From Candidatus Daviesbacteria bacterium (GTDB lineage Bacteria; Patescibacteriota; Microgenomatia; Daviesbacterales; UBA10151), in assembly GCA_016187035.1 (NCBI GenBank), contig JACPKL010000008.1, positions 99,990 through 163,989 on the forward strand: a DNA stretch of 64,000 nucleotides, given 5' to 3'. Positions within the stretch are counted from its first letter, which is position 1; each line of letters begins with the position of its first letter. The position numbers and the translations under genes are program-made. The notes beneath the pieces are model-generated. The model was given only the letters and a program-made list of their open reading frames with translations, made no database searches and was not told the DNA's origin. Shown piece after piece: positions 32,110-41,545 of this stretch.

Positions 32110-34971
32110 ATGATCCAAAAGGTTAGAGTTATTACAAAAGTAGGACCAGATTTAAAAGGGATAGACATATTATCTGATATCCATAAAATGCTGGGTCTAA
32201 AAAAAGTCGACAAAGTAATTAGCATTAAAGTTTATAGGTTAGAAGGAGCAACAGAAAAACAAGCAAAGATTTTAGCAAAGCAACTCCTCTGTGAACAAAT
32301 TAATCAATCTTATTCAATTAACAAACCATTCTCTCACCTTCCAGGTTCTCACCTCGGAGGTGTAGCCATAGACTCGGCAGGTGTGACTATAGAAATTGCT
32401 TATAAGCCTGGTGTGATGAACCCGGAAGCTGCCTCGGTTTTAAAAGCTGCTAAGGATTTAGGGATCAAACTTCTTGCTGCCGATTCTTCTTACGAGTATG
32501 CATTTTTTGGAAGCATTACTAAAGAAGAGATAATAAAAATCGTTGAGAAGCTTAAACTTTATAATCCTTTAATAGAACATATTGTTATAGAGGAATCTAA
32601 AACCCTGCTTATCAAGGGGCAACCCGGTAAAACAAACATTATTCATATCAGGGATTGCAGTGACAAGCAGCTAATGGAGTTTTCAAAAGACAAACTGTTT
32701 CTTAATTTGGAGGAAATGAAGACAATTCAAAAATATTTTCAAAAAATTAAAAGAGACCCGACAGATGTGGAGTTGGAGACTTTGGCCCAAACCTGGAGTG
32801 AACATTCCGGCCATAAAACTTTTAAAGCCGACTTAATAGTAGACGGAAAACAGAAAGCGCCCTTGATATATAGGATTAAAACAGAAGCCCTAAAACATAA
32901 AAAGAACATAGTATCAGCTTTTGAAGATAACTCAGGGGTGATGGATTTTTATGATGGATGGGCAATTAATGGAAAAGGAGAAACTCATAATGCTCCCTCC
33001 AGTATAGAACCATATGGAGGGGCAATGACCGGCTCAGGGGGAGTTTTTAGAGATGTTTTAGCCACCGGCCAAGGAGCAAAAAATGTTATCTCAACAGATG
33101 TGTTTTGTTTTGCTCCACCTGAATATCCTAGTAAAAATTTACCTGCCGGCACTTTACCGCCTTTATATCTTTTAAAAAGAGTAGTGGCAGGAGTAAGGGA
33201 TTATGGTAACAGGGTAGGTATCCCTACCAGTAATGGTTCTGTCCACTTTCATCAAGATTTTAGGGCCAGGCCAACAGTTTTGGTAGGAGCATATGGGATT
33301 ATTCCCAAAAAATATGCCCAAAAAGGCAAACCAGAATTAGGAGATTTAATTGTGGTAATAGGAGGAAAAACAGGCAGGGATGGGATTCATGGGGCAACCT
33401 TTTCCTCAGGGGAGATGACAGAACGGACTATTAATGTTAATTCTACTGCTGTCCAAATTGGTAATGCCATTGAAGAAAAAAGAGTCTTTGATGCAATTTT
33501 AGAAGCCAGGGATAATGATTTAATAAGAGCTTTACAAGATTGTGGAGGCGGAGGATTTTCTTCAAGTATAGGAGAGATAGGTGAAAGTTTAGGGGTAACA
33601 ATTAATTTAGAAAAAGCTCCTTTAAAATATCCGGGGCTGTCTCCTTGGGAAATGTGGGTATCAGAATCACAGGAAAGAATGATTATAGTTTTGCAAAAGA
33701 AGAATTTAAGAAGATTCTTAAGAATTTGTGAAAAATACAATGTGGAAGCGTCAGTGATTGGTAAGTTTGATGGAAGCAAAAAGTTAAATATCTACCTTGA
33801 AAGAGAGAAAGTTTGTGACCTTTCTATGGAATTTTTGCATAAAGGGCTGCCTAAAAAAGTGTTAGTAGCAAGGCAGGAAACAGGTAACAGAAAGAAAAGT
33901 GATACTCCACCCATACCTAAAAATGAAGGGGAATGGATTCATGTTTTAGAAAAAGTTTTGTCCCATGGTAATGTTTGTTCCAAGGAATCAATTGTCAGAC
34001 TTTATGATCATACTGTCCAGGGGACGTCTGCTCTTCCTCCATTTACAGGGATAAAACAGGATAGTCCAAATGATGCAGTAGTTATCAGGCCTATCTTAGA
34101 CAAACCATATGGAATGATAGTATCTCATGGGTTAAATCCTGTTTTAAATAACATTGATCCATACTGGGGGAGTCTTTGGGCAGCTACAGAAGCTGTGGCA
34201 AATTATGCGGCTGTTGGAGGAGATTACCAGGAAGCATCTTTGATAGAAAACTTTATCTGGCCATTTCCTGATGAGCAGTCTCTTTGGTCTTTGGATCAGT
34301 CAGTAGATGCAGTAGTAGATTTTATGAAAGTTTTAAAAATTCCTGTGATTTCTGGTAAGGATAGTTTATCTTCCACTTACAGAGGTTCTGCCGGAGTAAT
34401 TAAAATTCCTCCAGTTTTATGTATCTCTGTTTTTGGCAAATTAGCTGATGTTACAAAAACTATATCTTTAGATTTTAAAAAAGTCGGGTCTACAATTGTT
34501 CTTTTAGGAAAACAGGATTTAGAAATGGGAGGATCTACCTATTTTGATGTTAATGGTGTATTAGGAGATCAGGTGCCTAAAGTAGATTTAAAACTTTTAC
34601 CAGAAGTTTTATCAACACTGCACAAAGCCATTAAACTTAGGAGTATTTTGGCAGCTCATGATATTTCCGAAGGAGGTTTGATTACTGCAATCTTTGAAAT
34701 GTGTTTGGGAGGCAGAATGGGAGCGGAGCTGCACCTCGAAGGAGTCAAAGCCCACCTTCGAGGTAACTTTCTTTTTAATGAAACAGCAGGCTGTTTTATT
34801 GTGGAAGTTAAGAATGAAAAAATGGCAGAAAAATTATTTAGAAATCTTCCATATAAAATTATTGGAAAAACAACATCACAATTTTCTATTAGTGCAAACG
34901 GATTATTTGAAGCAGATATTAAAAAATTAGAAAAGAAATGGAAAAAACCAATGGAGGAGATATTTTCTTGA
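32110..34971 (+). CDS. purL: FGAM synthase: PurS-PurS-PurL fusion (no glutaminase domain)
   Basis: Two roughly 80-aa PurS-like repeats (residues about 1-75 and 92-165). These are followed by a PurL core with SEHSGHKTF, ETHNAPS.IEPYGGA.TG and GRDGIHGATFSS. Confidence 0.9.
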   Translation: MIQKVRVITKVGPDLKGIDILSDIHKMLGLKKVDKVISIKVYRLEGATEKQAKILAKQLLCEQINQSYSINKPFSHLPGSHLGGVAIDSAGVTIEIAYKPGVMNPEAASVLKAAKDLGIKLLAADSSYEYAFFGSITKEEIIKIVEKLKLYNPLIEHIVIEESKTLLIKGQPGKTNIIHIRDCSDKQLMEFSKDKLFLNLEEMKTIQKYFQKIKRDPTDVELETLAQTWSEHSGHKTFKADLIVDGKQKAPLIYRIKTEALKHKKNIVSAFEDNSGVMDFYDGWAINGKGETHNAPSSIEPYGGAMTGSGGVFRDVLATGQGAKNVISTDVFCFAPPEYPSKNLPAGTLPPLYLLKRVVAGVRDYGNRVGIPTSNGSVHFHQDFRARPTVLVGAYGIIPKKYAQKGKPELGDLIVVIGGKTGRDGIHGATFSSGEMTERTINVNSTAVQIGNAIEEKRVFDAILEARDNDLIRALQDCGGGGFSSSIGEIGESLGVTINLEKAPLKYPGLSPWEMWVSESQERMIIVLQKKNLRRFLRICEKYNVEASVIGKFDGSKKLNIYLEREKVCDLSMEFLHKGLPKKVLVARQETGNRKKSDTPPIPKNEGEWIHVLEKVLSHGNVCSKESIVRLYDHTVQGTSALPPFTGIKQDSPNDAVVIRPILDKPYGMIVSHGLNPVLNNIDPYWGSLWAATEAVANYAAVGGDYQEASLIENFIWPFPDEQSLWSLDQSVDAVVDFMKVLKIPVISGKDSLSSTYRGSAGVIKIPPVLCISVFGKLADVTKTISLDFKKVGSTIVLLGKQDLEMGGSTYFDVNGVLGDQVPKVDLKLLPEVLSTLHKAIKLRSILAAHDISEGGLITAIFEMCLGGRMGAELHLEGVKAHLRGNFLFNETAGCFIVEVKNEKMAEKLFRNLPYKIIGKTTSQFSISANGLFEADIKKLEKKWKKPMEEIFS
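32350..32362. repeat. CACCTCGGAGGTG core (type C/D-like) in the linker between the two PurS-like repeats
   Basis: Same core as 13417-13427, 43089-43099 and the arms of 38541-38595. Preceded by a CTCACCT direct repeat. Encodes ..SHLPGSHLGGV.. Confidence 0.4.
34732..34764. repeat. type C element (short form), 33 nt, exactly 11 codons, in frame in purL
   Basis: CACCTCGAAGG-AGTC-AAAGCCCACCTTCGAGGT. Same arms and AAAGCCCA module as 38541-38595, but lacks its inner hairpin. Encodes HLEGVKAHLRG. Confidence 0.75.
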
Positions 34972-35747
34972 AACCTAAAATTTGTGTTTTAAAATCTGAC
35001 GGGACTAATTGTGATGAGGAGCTTTATTATGCTTTTGAAAAGGTTGGAGGAGATCCAGAGTTGGTTCATATTAATGAAGTAAGAAATAAAAATGTCAGGT
35101 TTAAGGATTTTCAGGTGATTGCTTTTCCGGGCGGATTTTCTTATGGGGATGATATTGCATCAGGAAAAATTTTGGCTGTAGAGATGGTGAGTTTTTTAAA
35201 AGAAGAACTGGAAAATTTTCGAGCCAAGAATGGGGTAATAATTGGAATTTGTAATGGATTCCAAACATTAATCAGGACAGGGCTTTTGCCTTTTGGAAGT
35301 TTAGGCAAGATGGATGCAACCTTAGCCCCAAATGACAGCGGTCACTTCGAATGCAGGTGGGTTAGACTGAAAAAAGAAAAAGTTAACAAATGTAAATTCT
35401 TGCAAGGGGATGAAAATATTGGTTGGTTTGCCGTTAATCACGGAGAAGGAAAACTCTTCGCCGGTAATGAGACAATAAAAACAATTGAGCAATCCGGCCT
35501 GGTTGTTTTTAGATATGTTGATGAAAATAACAGGCCAACTCAAAAATACCCTAATAATCCCAATGGTTCAATTAATGCCATAGCTGGAATTTGTGATCCA
35601 AAAGGATTAGTATTTGGGATGATGCCTCATCCTGAGAAATTTGTAGATTTAACCCAATATCCAAACTGGAGAAGGGAAAAGATTGAAAAACCTCATGGAC
35701 TGTTTATTTTTGAAAATATAGTTAAATTTGCAAGGGTGGCAAAATGA
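34968..35747 (+). CDS. purQ: FGAM synthase glutaminase subunit
   Basis: Class I GATase: GGFSYGDD, GICNGFQ, HPE. TTG 34968 (TTGA overlap with the purL stop, GGAGGAG 8 nt upstream) is preferred to ATG 34938. Confidence 0.85.
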   Translation: MKPKICVLKSDGTNCDEELYYAFEKVGGDPELVHINEVRNKNVRFKDFQVIAFPGGFSYGDDIASGKILAVEMVSFLKEELENFRAKNGVIIGICNGFQTLIRTGLLPFGSLGKMDATLAPNDSGHFECRWVRLKKEKVNKCKFLQGDENIGWFAVNHGEGKLFAGNETIKTIEQSGLVVFRYVDENNRPTQKYPNNPNGSINAIAGICDPKGLVFGMMPHPEKFVDLTQYPNWRREKIEKPHGLFIFENIVKFARVAK

Positions 35748-37231
35748 TAATTTTAGTTGATTTTGGCGGACAAACAGCACATCTGATTTCCAGAAGAATC
35801 AGGGAGCTGGGAATAGAATGTACAGCTTTAGATCCAGAAGAATCTTTACAAAAAATTAAGGAGTTAAAACCTAAAGGAATAATTTTCTCAGGTGGGCCAG
35901 CATCTGTTTATGAAAAAAGTTCACCAACTGTTGATAAAAAGACTTTTGATTTACAAGTTCCAATTTTAGGAATTTGTTATGGAGAACAGCTAATAACGTA
36001 TCTTTTGGGTGGTAAAGTAAAACCCGGCAAAAAAGAATATGGTCCGGCTACACTGATAATAAATAAATCTTCAAAATTATTAAAAGGAATTCCAGAAAAT
36101 TCCAAAGTTTGGATGTCACATGGAGATGAAGTAGAGGGGCTTCCAAAAGGATTTGTAAATAATGGGAAAACCCAAACCATTCCTCATGCTGCTATATCAA
36201 ATGAAAAGAAAAAAATATATGCAATTCAATTTCATCCGGAAGTTATACATACAGAATTTGGTATGGAAATCTTAGAAAATTTTATTAAGATTTGCGGATT
36301 AAAGATTAAAAAAAGAATTATCAACAGGGAATTCATAGAAAATATCATTCAAGATATTAAGGATTCGATTGGGGGAGATAAAGCAATTTGTGCATTATCA
36401 GGAGGAGTTGACTCTGCTGTTGCAGCAGCTTTAGTGCGTGAAGCAATTGGTGAGAATCTCCAATCTATTTATATTGATTCAGGTTTAATGAGAGATGGAG
36501 ATGCTGTAAACATGAGGAATGTAAAAATTATAGATGCTGGCAATCAATTTTTAAAAGCACTCAAAGGAGTCTCAGATCCAGAAGAAAAAAGAAAGATTAT
36601 TGGCAAAGCATTTATAGAAGTTTTTGAAACTGTTGCTAAAAAATCAGGAGCTAAATTTTTAGTCCAAGGAACAATTTATCCAGATGTGATTGAATCAGCA
36701 GGTAGTAAACATTCTCAGGTTATTAAATCCCATCATAATGTTGGAGGATTACCTAAAGAAATGAGTTTGACTTTGGTTGAACCATTGAGAAACTTTTATA
36801 AAGATGAGGTAAGACAAATAGGAAAAATTTTAGGATTGCCGGAAAGTATTACTCAAAGGCAGCCTTTTCCAGGGCCAGGTTTGGCAGTTAGAATTATCGG
36901 AGAAGTTACAGAAAGAAAGCTGGAGATTTTAAGAAAGGCAGATAAAATATTACAGGAAGAACTAAGGGATTATCAGGATAGTCTTTGGCAGGCATTTACT
37001 GTTTTTACATCAATAAAAACAACAGGAATTAGGGGAGACAACAGGGCTTATGGGGAAACAATTGCTATCAGGGCGATTGAGGCAAAAGATGCCATGAGTG
37101 CCAATTTTGCCAAGCTTTCATATACAATTTTAGACAAAATTTCCACCAGAATTGTTAATGAAGTACCTCAAGTTAACAGAGTAGTCTATGATATCACCAA
37201 CAAACCCCCAGCTACTATGGAATGGGAATAG
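35744..37231 (+). CDS. guaA: GMP synthase (glutamine-hydrolysing)
   Basis: GICYGEQL, HPEV, SGGVDS PP-loop, C-terminal ..PPATMEWE. Confidence 0.9.
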   Translation: MIILVDFGGQTAHLISRRIRELGIECTALDPEESLQKIKELKPKGIIFSGGPASVYEKSSPTVDKKTFDLQVPILGICYGEQLITYLLGGKVKPGKKEYGPATLIINKSSKLLKGIPENSKVWMSHGDEVEGLPKGFVNNGKTQTIPHAAISNEKKKIYAIQFHPEVIHTEFGMEILENFIKICGLKIKKRIINREFIENIIQDIKDSIGGDKAICALSGGVDSAVAAALVREAIGENLQSIYIDSGLMRDGDAVNMRNVKIIDAGNQFLKALKGVSDPEEKRKIIGKAFIEVFETVAKKSGAKFLVQGTIYPDVIESAGSKHSQVIKSHHNVGGLPKEMSLTLVEPLRNFYKDEVRQIGKILGLPESITQRQPFPGPGLAVRIIGEVTERKLEILRKADKILQEELRDYQDSLWQAFTVFTSIKTTGIRGDNRAYGETIAIRAIEAKDAMSANFAKLSYTILDKISTRIVNEVPQVNRVVYDITNKPPATMEWE

Positions 37232-38539
<1,308 letters not shown>

Positions 38540-38540
38540 T

Positions 38541-38595
38541 CACCTCGAAGGGGAGAGAGTCCGGTGGACTCTTGAGAAAGCCCACCTTCGAGGTG
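38541..38595. repeat. type C palindromic element, full form
   Basis: Perfect 11-bp arms CACCTCGAAGG 38541-38551 / CCTTCGAGGTG 38585-38595. Inner hairpin AGAGTCC-GGTG-GGACTCT. On the minus strand the arm reads GAGGTG, 7 nt before the purA ATG. Confidence 0.85.
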
Positions 38596-38633
38596 TTTTG
38601 CTTGCTACGATGACAAGAGTGTAGCATAAGTCT

Positions 38634-38662
38634 TTGACATTTGGTAGTCTATTTAATATACT
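38634..38662 (+). promoter_or_regulatory. purP operon promoter, leaderless configuration
   Basis: TTGACA 38634-38639, 17-nt spacer, TATACT 38657-38662. ATG 38668 follows after 5 nt. Confidence 0.55.
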
Positions 38663-38667
38663 AAGAT

Positions 38668-39687
38668 ATGGGAATAAAGAAACATACAATTGTAACATTA
38701 GGTTCTCATTCTGCGTTGCAGATCCTCAAAGGTGCAAAAGATGAGGGATTTAAAACTGCTGTCATAGCAACCCCAGATAGAATTGCTCTTTATACCAGCT
38801 ACAAAAATTTCATTGATGAAATAATGGAAGTGAAAACCTGGAAAGATTTTCCAAGTTTAGAAAAAGACCTATTGGAAAGAAATGCCATTATTATTCCCCA
38901 TGGTTCATTTGTGGCATATTTAGGAATGGCAGAAAACAAACAAATGCAAGTTTCCTATTTTGGCAATAAGTTAGTTTTAGATTGGGAAGAAAATAGAAAG
39001 ATGCAAAGGTTGTGGCTTGAAGAGGCGCAAATAAAAGTACCACACAAGTTTAAAAGAGGGGATAGAATTGACAGGCCAGTAATAGTTAAATCATACGGAG
39101 CCGCCGGGGGTAAAGGGTATTTTGTCTCCCGGAATCAAAAAGAATTTGATGAAAAACTAAAAAGCTTTAGTGAAGAAAGATTTATTGTTCAGGAGTATGT
39201 AATTGGAGTACCAGTCTACTTTCACTTTTTCTATTCACCCCTAACTTCCAAGGTTGAAGTAATGAGTATTGATAAAAGATATGAGACTAATGTTGATTCC
39301 TTGGGTAGAATTCCTGCCAAAAACCAAAGAGGGTTAAACATTGACCCTTCTTTTGAAGTAGTTGCCAATATCCCTATGGCGATCAGGGAATCACTTTTAG
39401 CAGAGGCTGTTTCAATGGCAGAAAGGGTAATACAAGCTTCGCAAAAGCTGATATCTCCCAAAGGGCTTTTTGGACCATTTTGTCTGGAAACAATTATTAC
39501 TTCAACTGAAGAAATTTATGCAATTGAGATATCTGCCAGGATTGTTGCCGGTACTAATTGTTTTATTAATGGCTCACCCTATACATATTTAAACTATAAT
39601 GAACCTATGTCAACAGGAAGAAGAATTGCCAGGGAAATTAAAAATGCTATTAAGTTAAATAAATTAAAAGAGGTGCTGGATGGATAA
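38668..39687 (+). CDS. purP: archaeal-type FAICAR synthetase PurP (ATP-grasp), paralog 1
   Basis: TLGSHSALQILKGAKDEGFKT.., IIPHGSFVAY, YFHFFYSPL, GPFCLETI. This is the pattern I recall from PurP (M. jannaschii MJ0136 family). Confidence 0.75.
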   Translation: MGIKKHTIVTLGSHSALQILKGAKDEGFKTAVIATPDRIALYTSYKNFIDEIMEVKTWKDFPSLEKDLLERNAIIIPHGSFVAYLGMAENKQMQVSYFGNKLVLDWEENRKMQRLWLEEAQIKVPHKFKRGDRIDRPVIVKSYGAAGGKGYFVSRNQKEFDEKLKSFSEERFIVQEYVIGVPVYFHFFYSPLTSKVEVMSIDKRYETNVDSLGRIPAKNQRGLNIDPSFEVVANIPMAIRESLLAEAVSMAERVIQASQKLISPKGLFGPFCLETIITSTEEIYAIEISARIVAGTNCFINGSPYTYLNYNEPMSTGRRIAREIKNAIKLNKLKEVLDG

Positions 39688-40753
39688 ACAATATACCATT
39701 GCTGTTTTAGGGTCTCACTGCGCTCTTGATGTTTGCAGAGGGGTAAAAGATGAGGGTTTTAAAACATTGGTTATTTCCCAAAGGGGTAGAGAAAAAACTT
39801 ATCAAAAGTATTACAAAAATATCGTTGATGAATGTCTGGTTTTAGATAAGTTTAAAGATATTCTAAAGCGGGAAATTCAGAAAATTTTAAGAGATAGAAA
39901 CGCTATTTTTATTCCCCACAGGTCTTTTGAGGTTTATATAAATGATTATGATGCTATTGAGAAAAAATTTAGGGTACCAATATTTGGTAATAGATTTCTT
40001 TTGCGGTATGAAGAAAGAAATCAAAAACCTAATCAATATGATTTGCTTACTAAAGCAAATATCAGATACCCCAAACAATTTAAAGATCCTAAGGATATAG
40101 ATAGGCTTTGTATTGTTAAGGTTTTAGAAAAGGAAAGGGGATATGAGCGAGCATTCTTTTTGGTAGAAAATTATGAGCAATATAAATTGGAGTCTGAAGA
40201 TAAAATATTAAAAGGACAAATTACAAAAGAACAATTAGAAAATGCTGTTATAGAAGAATTTATAATTGGTGTGCAAGTTAATTTTAATTTTTTCTATTCT
40301 CCAATTTTAAAAAGATTAGAATTAATTGGTACTGATACCAGAAGGCAAACTAATATTGAAGGTTTGGTGAGAATTCCTGCCTTATATCAACAATCTATTT
40401 TGGAAAAAGTATCTATTAAATATGAAGAAGCAGGACATATTGCAGTAACTGTTTTGGAATCTCTTTTGGAAGAGGTTTTTGCAGTAGGAGAGAAATTTGT
40501 AAAAGCATCCCAGGATTTAATACCGCCAGGTGTGATTGGGCCATTTGGGTTGCAAACAGTCATCACTGCAGGTCCTCCTAAAAAAGAAATTATTGTTTTT
40601 GATGTTTCACCAAGGATGCCGGGAAGTCCAGGGATATTTGCAACACCATATAGCGGATATTTATATGGACAAAATATTTCGATGGGAAAAAGAGTGGCAA
40701 TGGAAATTAAAGATGCGATAGAGAGTAGAAAGTTAGATGGGATAGTAACTTGA
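39680..40753 (+). CDS. PurP-family ATP-grasp protein, paralog 2
   Basis: VLGSHCALDVCRGVKDEGFKT, FIPHRSFEVY, NFNFFYSPI, GPFGLQTVI. Collinear with paralog 1 and overlaps it by 8 nt. Confidence 0.7.
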   Translation: MDKQYTIAVLGSHCALDVCRGVKDEGFKTLVISQRGREKTYQKYYKNIVDECLVLDKFKDILKREIQKILRDRNAIFIPHRSFEVYINDYDAIEKKFRVPIFGNRFLLRYEERNQKPNQYDLLTKANIRYPKQFKDPKDIDRLCIVKVLEKERGYERAFFLVENYEQYKLESEDKILKGQITKEQLENAVIEEFIIGVQVNFNFFYSPILKRLELIGTDTRRQTNIEGLVRIPALYQQSILEKVSIKYEEAGHIAVTVLESLLEEVFAVGEKFVKASQDLIPPGVIGPFGLQTVITAGPPKKEIIVFDVSPRMPGSPGIFATPYSGYLYGQNISMGKRVAMEIKDAIESRKLDGIVT

Positions 40754-40789
40754 TCCAATTACATGTGCGATCGTACACCAAAATGGTAT

Positions 40790-41545
40790 ATGAAAAAATT
40801 TAAAGCTTTAATAATGGATTGCGATGGAACATTAATTTTACCTCAAAGAGATGCAATGCCAACACCTAAAGTAACTAAGGCAATAAAACAAGCTTCTAAA
40901 AAACTGCATGTGGGAATTGCTACTCAGCGTGCTACTCCTAACACTATTCCAATAATTAAACATCTAGATTTAATTGGTCCCTCAATTGTAGCTGGAGGGT
41001 CATTAATTATAGACAGTAAATCTCTTAAAGTTATAAAAGAAGAAATAATTGATTTTGACTCAATATATCAAGTTATAAAGATTGCCAAAGATTACAAAAA
41101 GTATGGAGGTCCTTTTTTAATTCAAGATAGTGAAAAAGGTGATGAAGAATGGGCTGAAAGTTACGTTATAGGAAAGCCAATTGGTTTATTTATTGGCAGT
41201 CTAAGCTATGATTTGGCGATTGAATTAGAGGATAAATTGTCAAAAATTCCTAATATTGCAGTACACAAAGTAATTCCCTGGGCAGGTCAGTTTGGCTTGG
41301 CAGTAAATGCAGCTTTAGCAACTAAGCAACATGGTATATTTGAAGTGGCAAAGATTTTGGGTATTAATACTCACGAGATAATAGGTATTGGGGATAGTTA
41401 TAATGATTTTCCTTTGCTGATGGCCTGTGGATTAAAGGTGGCTATGGGAAATGCAGTGGAGGAGTTAAAAGCGATTGCAGATTATATTGCACCATCTGTA
41501 GAGGAAGATGGGATAGTGGATGTGATTAATAAATTCGTACTATGA
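40790..41545 (+). CDS. HAD-superfamily (Cof-type, IIB) phosphatase
   Basis: LIMDCDGTL motif I and GDSYNDFPLL..AMGNA motif IV. ATG 40790 preferred to 40763. Confidence 0.7.
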   Translation: MKKFKALIMDCDGTLILPQRDAMPTPKVTKAIKQASKKLHVGIATQRATPNTIPIIKHLDLIGPSIVAGGSLIIDSKSLKVIKEEIIDFDSIYQVIKIAKDYKKYGGPFLIQDSEKGDEEWAESYVIGKPIGLFIGSLSYDLAIELEDKLSKIPNIAVHKVIPWAGQFGLAVNAALATKQHGIFEVAKILGINTHEIIGIGDSYNDFPLLMACGLKVAMGNAVEELKAIADYIAPSVEEDGIVDVINKFVL

